A stretch of DNA of 64,000 bases. It comes from Clostridiales bacterium. GTDB taxonomy: Bacteria; Bacillota; Clostridia; Christensenellales; Borkfalkiaceae. Each line of letters starts with the position of its first letter. Position 1 is the stretch's first letter. Positions 27,162-34,997 of this stretch are shown here, piece by piece. Position numbers and translations under genes: made by a program. Under the pieces are notes generated by a model that searched no databases, was not told the origin of the DNA, and worked only from the letters and a program-made list of their open reading frames with translations. Location of the stretch: NCBI GenBank assembly GCA_015055735.1, contig SVHP01000001.1:10506-74505 (forward strand). Reading direction: 5' to 3'.

Positions 27162-29037
27162 CGTTTATTTCTCCATTTTTTACCATTAATTTTTGTTTAT
27201 GCTCTAAGATGTGAGCATAAAAATTTTGTTTTTGCTTATCCGAAAGAGATTGATATTCACTTAAGACGTATCTAGTATGTTCTTCTTCGTGTACCGAATG
27301 TTCGTCAATATCGTCTACGCATACAAATTTCTTTTTAAGTAAATCGTTTTCTCGTTGCGCCTTTTCTTCGTGAAGTCTTGCAAGTCCCTTTTGATAATCA
27401 AGTTCCTTATATCCTAATAAAGACAACACTTTTTCCTTAATACTCGGTCTAAATTTACCTGCATCGTCGGTTAGTAAGCCACTTTCGTAAAGTTTAAATA
27501 TCATTTCCTTCTTTTGTCTATTGGTGTACAAAAGTTCGTTTTCGTTTTCCAAATAAACGTCGTCAGAGCCTATCGCCCTTTTGTCTAGATAGAGAATGTG
27601 CGTTTTCTTAAACTCGTCTTGAACTTTAATAACCCTAACGTCAGCCGAAAACTGCGAATACAATCTTATCATTTGTTTAGAAATTTGCACGTAGCAGTTT
27701 CTAATTTCTTCGGCACTTTTTAGAAGTCTAGAGTTATCTTGTTCAACCAATATTTCAAGCGAAGTACCACTAGATAGCGTTGCGTTAGAGGCGCTAGAAG
27801 TAACGTTACTAACACCACTGACTACAACGAATTCATTTAGCAACCTTTCTTCTTCCTCGTTAAAGTCGGACGGCATACTCATTCCCGACATCATCTCAGG
27901 CGCTTTAGAGCCTTGTCTATAAACTAGCACTTTTCCAGGACTTAATCCTTCTTCTGCTAAATCGTCAACGTCGGTAGAACCGTCTTCAACCGTCAACACG
28001 CCCATAGAAAGTCTATTCAAAAATTCGTGCTTACGATTTTTAACTGCATTGTACGCCCTTTGAATAGGTATCAATCTTTCGATAATGCTCTTTCCGAAAA
28101 AGCAACCTGCCTGTTCGTACGAGCATTGTTTAACGAAAGGATAACTTCTTCCACCGTTCTCGGCATTTTGATAAGGCAACTCACCTAAATACAATAATTT
28201 GCCGTTAGCAACGGTAATAAGTCTACCGTTTGGAAACTCAGCGTTAGGTTTTTCATATCTTTCGATAACTATAACTGCGTTATCCATAGTATTTTGGTCT
28301 TGCGAATTAAAAGCCGACTCGTTTTGCAAACTTTGAACGTAGATAGTTTTACCTATAACGCCCACTCCGTAAATTCGTTTAACGTCGTCCACACTCATAG
28401 CCCTAGCGTGTATGATGCTTGCGCAATCTTCTATATCTTCGCTAGTTAAGTTGTCTGGGAAAATTTCAAAGGGCGAAACGGGTATAACCTTAACTTCCCC
28501 TTCAAAAACGTCCTTTCCATGATGTTCTCCGATTTTATTTCCACCAAAACTATCCCATAAAATTTTATAAAAACTCGTACCACACGTTTCGCTCCATACG
28601 GTCGCCTTTTTAACTACTTTATCAAGCGCAATTTTTTTAGAAACGTTTTCTAAAAGCTTTTCGGCTAAAGACGCGGCAGTTACGTCCGCATCGTCGTCGG
28701 TCTTTGGTCTTACGGAAACGTTGGGGGTTATAGAAGAGAATTTAGATAACCTTGTGTCAATTATAGGTGCAATGTGATTAAAAACACCCTGTCCTTGCCA
28801 GTAATACGTTTTATTTTGTTCAAGCAATTCACCTTGAGAATTCAAGTCGCAATACTGATTGCCGTTAAGGAAATTCATATTAAGTTCCCACTGTCTTTCG
28901 TAACCGACTCTTTTTTCTCGTCTTTTCTTAAAATCCATTTCAACGTCGGCAATTAAGTCTTCGATATATCTATCGCTTTGCCTTTTTGAATTGAATTTTC
29001 CTTTGGTTGTATTCAAATTTTTTTCTCCTTTAATCAT
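27145..29037 (-). CDS. Phage portal protein
   Basis: 630 aa, just downstream of TerL. N-terminal W.LN.NF..GNQY portal-like motif. Confidence 0.75.
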   Translation of the reverse strand: MIKGEKNLNTTKGKFNSKRQSDRYIEDLIADVEMDFKKRREKRVGYERQWELNMNFLNGNQYCDLNSQGELLEQNKTYYWQGQGVFNHIAPIIDTRLSKFSSITPNVSVRPKTDDDADVTAASLAEKLLENVSKKIALDKVVKKATVWSETCGTSFYKILWDSFGGNKIGEHHGKDVFEGEVKVIPVSPFEIFPDNLTSEDIEDCASIIHARAMSVDDVKRIYGVGVIGKTIYVQSLQNESAFNSQDQNTMDNAVIVIERYEKPNAEFPNGRLITVANGKLLYLGELPYQNAENGGRSYPFVKQCSYEQAGCFFGKSIIERLIPIQRAYNAVKNRKHEFLNRLSMGVLTVEDGSTDVDDLAEEGLSPGKVLVYRQGSKAPEMMSGMSMPSDFNEEEERLLNEFVVVSGVSNVTSSASNATLSSGTSLEILVEQDNSRLLKSAEEIRNCYVQISKQMIRLYSQFSADVRVIKVQDEFKKTHILYLDKRAIGSDDVYLENENELLYTNRQKKEMIFKLYESGLLTDDAGKFRPSIKEKVLSLLGYKELDYQKGLARLHEEKAQRENDLLKKKFVCVDDIDEHSVHEEEHTRYVLSEYQSLSDKQKQNFYAHILEHKQKLMVKNGEINDGTNN

Positions 29038-29329
29038 TTTGAATTTGTTTAAGCAGTTTCAAAAGTCTAATCTTTTCGCTCTCTAGCTCCTCGTCAGACA
29101 TTTGACTTACCTGTTGTTCGTTTTCATCTAACAAAAGTTTAAGGGCGGTAATATCCGGTGGAACGTTTTTTATCGTGACTTTTTTCTTGGTCAATTTAAC
29201 GTCACCTTCTTCATTACCTACGTATTCTTCAACCACTTCGGTCGCATCGTATCCCAACGCTTTCTTTATTAGAACTTGCCTTAAATCTTGCTCGGTGATA
29301 ACCTTTTGTTTTTTACTTTTTCCTTTCAT
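29030..29329 (-). CDS. Small phage protein, possibly terminase small-subunit-like
   Basis: 99 aa, overlapping TerL by 17 nt and portal by 8 nt. Basic N-terminus, and KKVTIKNVPPDITALKLLL resembles the C-terminal part of some small terminases. Confidence 0.45.
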   Translation of the reverse strand: MKGKSKKQKVITEQDLRQVLIKKALGYDATEVVEEYVGNEEGDVKLTKKKVTIKNVPPDITALKLLLDENEQQVSQMSDEELESEKIRLLKLLKQIQND

Positions 29330-30746
29330 TCATAATTTTTCTGATTAACCTTTCCTTATCCTTTTGAATTTCCGTCTTTGGCTTTTTAGGCTGGGCATTA
29401 TCAGGTTTTGTCATTATGTAATAGCGCAATTCGTCTAGCGCATGGTCGTCTACTTTTCTTGGGTTTTCGCCAGCGCCCCAACGGTAGGTTTTTAGTTCTC
29501 TAATAAGGTTTACGCACGATGGAAATATATAGAGTTTAGGTTTATTATCGTTAACTTTCAAATACTGTTTAACCCTTTGAATTCCACTAAACATATCCTT
29601 ATTGACGTTTGGGTTAACGATTATTCCCGAGTCGTAGAACAATTCGGTCACACTCTTTGAAGATGCCAAAGTCCTTTGATTAGCAGCGGAGTCGATGATA
29701 GCGTGGTACCTTCCGAAAGCATCTGACTTCCAATTAAGCGACTTACTTATTTTCTTTATCATATCCGAATGATAACAAACGTCCCTTCCCGCCTCAAAAT
29801 GTTCGGCTACGACGTAGATATTTCCATCGTAATCAACTGCATACCAATGCGCCGAAAGTGGATTGTTAAGACCTGGGTCGATAGAAATAGTATCCTGCCA
29901 TTCTAGCGGGATATTAAAAGGCTGTTTTAGGACGTGAATTTGTTCGTCAAACTCTGGATATACAAGTCCTGAACTAGCCTTAAATCGACCGTAGCGCCTA
30001 CTTTCAAGTTGATCGCTAGATAAAGTTTTAGTAAGCAACGCTACTTGCGCACTATCTAAATACGGATTATCGCCCCACTCCATAAACTCGTACCATATCT
30101 CGGGATCGTTTTCTTGATTAAGATAGATCTTGTCGTGAATAAAGGTCAAGCCTTTAAGTGGAGTCATCGTTCCGAATATATCCCCACACTTATCTAGAAC
30201 TCTCATTCTACACTCATCGTAAATATCTTCGGGTGGTTCTTCGTCAAACCAAACGAAATCCAACGAACTGCCTTGAAATTTTTCTCTACCTTGGTCACAA
30301 GATTTAAAACCTATAACAGAAATACCACCAAAAACGTTTCGCATTCGGATTTGGTCTATTACGCCGTATTTTAGGCTGTCTTTCTTTCCCGAAAGCATAC
30401 TCACGTCCACAATCCAAGACGGGTTGATGTAAGATAAGACCTTGTTTTGCGCAACGTCCCTTTGAACTTGTTGTGAAAGTGAAACAACCCAGCCAAAGAC
30501 GTTATCTTTATTTTGCCTATAAGGGTGTATACCCCTCGCCAAATAAACACTTTCTACTGCACCACATTCAGTCTTACCACTTCTGTTTCCACCAAAAACC
30601 CATCTATTCTTTTTTTGGCACTTGTGAAAGGCAAGTTGTTTTAAATGCACCTTTTCACCGGTGTTATATTTAGCTAACCTGTCTTCACCTTTTCTTAATT
30701 TTTGTTCTTGTTCGATTAAGTTGATTCTCGATATTATCTGTTGCAT
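29313..30746 (-). CDS. Phage terminase large subunit
   Basis: Walker A FGGNRSGKTE, Walker B LDFVWFDEE, and a C-terminal nuclease-like region (IDSAA, DDHALDELRY). The start is taken at MQQIISR (ATG 30746), 4 nt after AGGAGG. Confidence 0.85.
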   Translation of the reverse strand: MQQIISRINLIEQEQKLRKGEDRLAKYNTGEKVHLKQLAFHKCQKKNRWVFGGNRSGKTECGAVESVYLARGIHPYRQNKDNVFGWVVSLSQQVQRDVAQNKVLSYINPSWIVDVSMLSGKKDSLKYGVIDQIRMRNVFGGISVIGFKSCDQGREKFQGSSLDFVWFDEEPPEDIYDECRMRVLDKCGDIFGTMTPLKGLTFIHDKIYLNQENDPEIWYEFMEWGDNPYLDSAQVALLTKTLSSDQLESRRYGRFKASSGLVYPEFDEQIHVLKQPFNIPLEWQDTISIDPGLNNPLSAHWYAVDYDGNIYVVAEHFEAGRDVCYHSDMIKKISKSLNWKSDAFGRYHAIIDSAANQRTLASSKSVTELFYDSGIIVNPNVNKDMFSGIQRVKQYLKVNDNKPKLYIFPSCVNLIRELKTYRWGAGENPRKVDDHALDELRYYIMTKPDNAQPKKPKTEIQKDKERLIRKIMNERKK

Positions 30747-30771
30747 AATGCCTCCTAACCAAAGCAACCGC

Positions 30772-30800
30772 ATTATATATCTCTTTTTTTACGATTGCAA
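30772..30800 (-). promoter_or_regulatory. Consensus sigma-A type promoter, TTGCAA-17-TATAAT, driving the phage-derived operon
   Basis: On the minus strand, TTGCAA (30795-30800), a 17-nt spacer, TATAAT (30772-30777), about 25 nt upstream of the TerL ATG. Confidence 0.5.
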
Positions 30801-31035
30801 TACTTCATGACACCAAAATTCAAAATTTTTTAAAAAAATAAATCCACAATTTCAAAAATCGTGAATTTTAATATAATATATTAACTATTTAAATTTTCTC
30901 AAAAAAATTTGCAAAAAAATATTTTTAAATTTTAACAATTACTATAAAAAAAGTTGAATACTCCATAAAGTTTTAACATTTAAATTGAGCATCTCATAAA
31001 TTGATAAAAGAACTAAACAATCAAAAGGAGTAAAA

Positions 31036-32310
31036 ATGAATCCATTTAATGAAAGCCCTAGACCGATAGATAAAACGCTTCAAAATTGGCAACAGTTATA
31101 CCCAAAGCCTTATAACAAGCGAGAAGTAGATCCTTACACAAAGTGTAGAATAATACTTATGAACGGCACGGAATTTGAAGCAAACTGGTTTTCTCATCAA
31201 CTTGCTAGGCACACTTGCAACAACGAACTTCGCAGGGATATCGCCTTAACTAGAGAAATAGAAAAACAGCAACAGCTTAAAATTTCATTATTAAAACCAA
31301 AGGACGAGAGCATATTAGAACACACTATCGGGTACGAACAACTTGCCGTCGATTTAACGGCAGAACTTGCTAAACGTGAGATAGACTGTTCGGTAAAAAC
31401 AGCCTTAGACTTTGCATTACTTGAAGACTTCGACCATTTATATAGGTACGCTAACCTACTTGAAATGGAACAAGGCGTTTACGCCGAGTGGCTAGTTGGA
31501 AGATACACCGAAATAATGCCAGGACGCCCTACTATTTCACACCATCGCTATCCTAAAGACAACGTTAGAAGTTGTATAAACGCCAAGACTTCGGACGTTC
31601 AAACGGTGCTTAACACTATGATAATCACGGGCGCCGAACAACAAACCATGAATTATTATATGAACGTCACAAACTTTGCAAAAAGTGATTTAGGACGAAG
31701 ACTATATCAAGAAATTGCCCTAGTCGAAGAAGAACACGTAACCCATTACGAATCGCTTATGGACGGAAATGCAACTTGGCTCGAAATGCTTTTATGGCAC
31801 GAATATTGCGAGTGCTATTTATACTGGTCTTGCTACGTTACCGAAACGGACGGGTACATTAAAAACCTTTGGGAAGAAAATCTATCGTTTGAAATTAGTC
31901 ATTTACATCGTGCTGTTGACTTACTCAAAAAATACGAAAACAAAGATTGGCAAGAAGTCATACCTTGTGGAGACTTCCCTGCACCTATTTCATTACACGA
32001 AAATATCGATTATGTGCGCAAGATTTTAGACGATACCGTGCAGTTTACAACCGACCGTGATAACTACGTTAAAATCAAAGATTTGCCAAGTGACGCAGAC
32101 TTTTTCAAGTTCCAAAACATTACCAATCCTAACGTAGATATAGTTCCGTCACACAACGTAATTCAAACGGAAATCGCACGGCGTGGAATGGATTATCGCT
32201 ATCAAACAGCCCCAAACCCTATCGAACAACTACGTGATAGACGTGTTGACAACACTAGCGTTGGTAGAAAACCAAACGCCACTTCATCATCAAGTTTTTA
32301 TTGCAACTAA
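31036..32310 (+). CDS. Ferritin-like (di-iron carboxylate type) superfamily protein, function unknown
   Basis: 424 aa with AAAGGAG RBS. Helical segments carry E/ExxH-type ligand patterns: GTEFEANWFSH, LEDFDHLY, GAEQQTMNYY, VEEEHVTHYE. Confidence 0.45.
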   Translation: MNPFNESPRPIDKTLQNWQQLYPKPYNKREVDPYTKCRIILMNGTEFEANWFSHQLARHTCNNELRRDIALTREIEKQQQLKISLLKPKDESILEHTIGYEQLAVDLTAELAKREIDCSVKTALDFALLEDFDHLYRYANLLEMEQGVYAEWLVGRYTEIMPGRPTISHHRYPKDNVRSCINAKTSDVQTVLNTMIITGAEQQTMNYYMNVTNFAKSDLGRRLYQEIALVEEEHVTHYESLMDGNATWLEMLLWHEYCECYLYWSCYVTETDGYIKNLWEENLSFEISHLHRAVDLLKKYENKDWQEVIPCGDFPAPISLHENIDYVRKILDDTVQFTTDRDNYVKIKDLPSDADFFKFQNITNPNVDIVPSHNVIQTEIARRGMDYRYQTAPNPIEQLRDRRVDNTSVGRKPNATSSSSFYCN

Positions 32311-32325
32311 TAAATTTTCTTGTAG

Positions 32326-32366
32326 TAAAAAACACACTGTTTTATAAAAGCAGTGTGTTTTTTGTT
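32326..32366. terminator. Bidirectional intrinsic terminator between convergent genes
   Basis: AACACACTG (32331-32339) pairs with CAGTGTGTT (32351-32359). Flanked by A and T runs. Confidence 0.65.
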
Positions 32367-32378
32367 TATATTTATTTT

Positions 32379-34766
32379 TTAGACTATTAGTTTATCGTGA
32401 AGAACAGTAAACTTCTTATCTAAATATTGTACGCTAATTACTTCCATTTTTGACATAGTAATTTGTTGGCTATTTCCTTCTATGGTAAGAGTAAAAGTCT
32501 TGTCTTTAAGTTCAGGGTTAAAAAATCTCAAAACGTAACCGCCGTCCTCGCCTATTTTCATAGTAGGCATTACCACAGGTTTATCGGTATAAATTTGAGT
32601 TTTGCGTTCTCCAACACCTATCGGGAACACGTTGATGGCGTAAGGTTTTTGGTTAAAGAGTTCGCTCATAGTAGTCACTTCTTCAACCGTACCCGTCATA
32701 ATTCTAAGTCTATAAGTATATCTGCCGTTATCAATTCTTGGCAAGTATCTATCGGTAGGGTAAAGTTTTCTTCGACCAGGAATCAAGCCGTATTCATCAA
32801 TAGGTAGTGGATGCATACAATATCCAGCGCCACGAAGTAAGGTTAAATAAATATATCCGTCCTTTATAATACCAGAATACACACCGTCGTTTATAACTGC
32901 GAATACTTGTCCGTCTTCTTTTCTTACACCTAGCCATTTTTGGAAAGACAATTCGCTATCCAATGGCTTTTCTTCAACGACGAACGGACCGTCGCCTATC
33001 ATAACGCCTTTTGGCGCAGGAATTTTAAGTTTTACAAGTTTATTCTTTTCGGAAAACTCTACCGTTACTTTTAAGTCAACGTACGACTTATCTTTATAAC
33101 GGCGATATTCTATTACTGCATCAGTCTTGTTCTTAGTATAAAAACCTTCAACCGAAGTTAAAATCTCCCCGTCTTCAATAACGTGTTCAGGGTAAATATC
33201 TTCGTTTGAAACGATAAAATCCTTACATTCTTGCTCTGTCATAAGCCTAAATTCTACTGGATTTTTACCCATACATCTTTGCTCGTCTTCGCTCATACCC
33301 CAAGGGTCGGCAGTATCGTCGTACATTTCTAAAGCAACGGGACTATCTAAAAGAGAGCCTTTAATAAATTCTTTAATATCCCCCTTAACTGCAGGTACAG
33401 AATATCTATCGTATCCCTTCTCTTCTTTTACAAATACCGAAAATCTAGTCACGCCAAGTGGTTTTAGCGTTCCGTTAAATACGATTCTTTTTCGCCAATC
33501 AAGGTTCATATTTGAATCTTCTTTAATTTCTTGACAAGGAATTTCTTTGCCGTTATAGTACACTACCGGCGCATATCTAAGGTCATATCGCCAGTTTTGG
33601 TCAGGCAATATAAATTCAGCTTCGATAGGCTCGGTAATTTCGTATGGCATAGGGTTAAATACGTAGATAGGGAATTCGCCTTCTTGAGCCACAGGCTCGC
33701 CTGCCGTAAGGTACATAAATGCGTTAGTTCTATAATCTCTACATATTTTCTTACAGTAGTTTAATAGTTCTAAAGCGTTCGCTTCGCCGTCCTCAATACA
33801 ACTTCCAGGAAGCGTATCGTGGAACTCCGAAAGTAGCAACGCCTTTTGCGCTTCGTACAAATCTTTTAAGTCGGGATTGTAGCCAGAAAGAGAGGCAACC
33901 GACAACATTTTTTCGGTAGTATAAAGTACGTTTTCGGCTTGTCTATGCGCTTGTTTAACCCTTGCCATAGACGAATAACAACCAGCCATACAAGTAACTA
34001 ACGAATAGTCTATATCGTTGCTAATCTTAATATCGTCGTTAAACAAGTCTTCAAGCGTACTATGGAAAATATTAAAGCCGTCTATCTTTAAATTTTCAAT
34101 ATCTTTTAAATCCTTTCTAGACGGACCGCCACCGTGGTTGCCTACACCCCAAAGCACGAAGTCAACGTCTTCAGCTTCCTTCGCCCTATCTGTAATCAAT
34201 TCAGCAGCCTTACCTAGCACTGAACCATAGTTTTTAGAGTTTGAAAACAATATACTATCACCACTTGGGCTTACCCAATTATAAAATTTTCCTTCAGGGT
34301 AATGTGCATTTTTGCTCCATTTTAAAGGTCTAAAAGCAACGTAGCCTTTATATCCCGTCTTTTTAAGAATTTGAACTAAACCTATACTGTGTCCAAAAGA
34401 ATCGTAATTTACTGCAATTTCGGGAATAACACCGAATTTTTCTTCAAAGTATTTATGTCCTACTTTGGTTTGACGCACGAAACTTTCGCCACTAGGCATT
34501 AAGCAGTCCGGCTGTAAATACCAACCGCCTGTAATCTTCCATTTACCTTTCTTTACGAGCGATTTGATACGTTCAAAAAGTTCAGGACAATTTTTTTCAA
34601 CTGCTTCGTAAAGCAAAGATTCGTTATGACAAAATACATAATCAAACTGATCGGCAAGATCGCAAGCGCTCTTAAAAGTCGCAATAGCCGCCGATATTCC
34701 TTCGTCCCAAGTCCACTGCCATACTGGGTCTATGTGTGCGTTGCAAATCAAATGTAATTTTTTCAT
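32379..34766 (-). CDS. Glycoside hydrolase family 38 alpha-mannosidase
   Basis: N-terminal CNAHIDPVWQWTWDEG, the GH38 signature. 795 aa. Confidence 0.85.
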   Translation of the reverse strand: MKKLHLICNAHIDPVWQWTWDEGISAAIATFKSACDLADQFDYVFCHNESLLYEAVEKNCPELFERIKSLVKKGKWKITGGWYLQPDCLMPSGESFVRQTKVGHKYFEEKFGVIPEIAVNYDSFGHSIGLVQILKKTGYKGYVAFRPLKWSKNAHYPEGKFYNWVSPSGDSILFSNSKNYGSVLGKAAELITDRAKEAEDVDFVLWGVGNHGGGPSRKDLKDIENLKIDGFNIFHSTLEDLFNDDIKISNDIDYSLVTCMAGCYSSMARVKQAHRQAENVLYTTEKMLSVASLSGYNPDLKDLYEAQKALLLSEFHDTLPGSCIEDGEANALELLNYCKKICRDYRTNAFMYLTAGEPVAQEGEFPIYVFNPMPYEITEPIEAEFILPDQNWRYDLRYAPVVYYNGKEIPCQEIKEDSNMNLDWRKRIVFNGTLKPLGVTRFSVFVKEEKGYDRYSVPAVKGDIKEFIKGSLLDSPVALEMYDDTADPWGMSEDEQRCMGKNPVEFRLMTEQECKDFIVSNEDIYPEHVIEDGEILTSVEGFYTKNKTDAVIEYRRYKDKSYVDLKVTVEFSEKNKLVKLKIPAPKGVMIGDGPFVVEEKPLDSELSFQKWLGVRKEDGQVFAVINDGVYSGIIKDGYIYLTLLRGAGYCMHPLPIDEYGLIPGRRKLYPTDRYLPRIDNGRYTYRLRIMTGTVEEVTTMSELFNQKPYAINVFPIGVGERKTQIYTDKPVVMPTMKIGEDGGYVLRFFNPELKDKTFTLTIEGNSQQITMSKMEVISVQYLDKKFTVLHDKLIV

Positions 34767-34944
34767 ACTGTACCTTCCTTATATTTGTACTTGCATTTTA
34801 GTAAACATATTTTAGCATATAAAATTAAATCTCTATAACGAAAATTTAACATAAGTATCTAAAACGCAACAACAATGATTATACAAGTATTATATACTTT
34901 TAAATGGTATAAAACAATAACTAAACAATCTTTTTAAGTAACAA

Positions 34945-34980
34945 AATTCTCTCTACTAACCAAAGTTAATAGAGAGAATT
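34945..34980 (-). terminator. Intrinsic terminator after the topoisomerase A-subunit gene
   Basis: AATTCTCTCTA (34945-34955) pairs with TAGAGAGAATT (34970-34980). On the minus strand it is followed by TTTGTT. Confidence 0.55.
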
Positions 34981-34997
34981 TGTATTACTTTTATTCT

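Larger units (their letters stand above)
22687..30800 (-). mobile_element. Phage-derived head/packaging module (8 ORFs) without recognisable tail, lysis, integration or regulatory genes
   Basis: Contiguous TerL, portal, scaffold and capsid genes plus four small or unknown ORFs. One promoter, one terminator. The flanks are housekeeping or metabolic genes. Confidence 0.6.

Noticed and set aside
22602-30800. Interpretation as an intact inducible prophage
   Set aside because: There is no integrase, repressor, replication, tail, holin or endolysin gene and no att repeats within the block or the visible flanks. It is only 8 kb.
25463-32310. Encapsulin-type nanocompartment (HK97-fold shell plus the adjacent ferritin-like cargo)
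   Set aside because: The capsid gene is co-operonic with a portal, scaffold and an intact large terminase, which encapsulin systems lack. The ferritin-like gene is on the opposite strand, and I see no recognisable C-terminal targeting peptide. It is kept only as a low-probability alternative in the findings.
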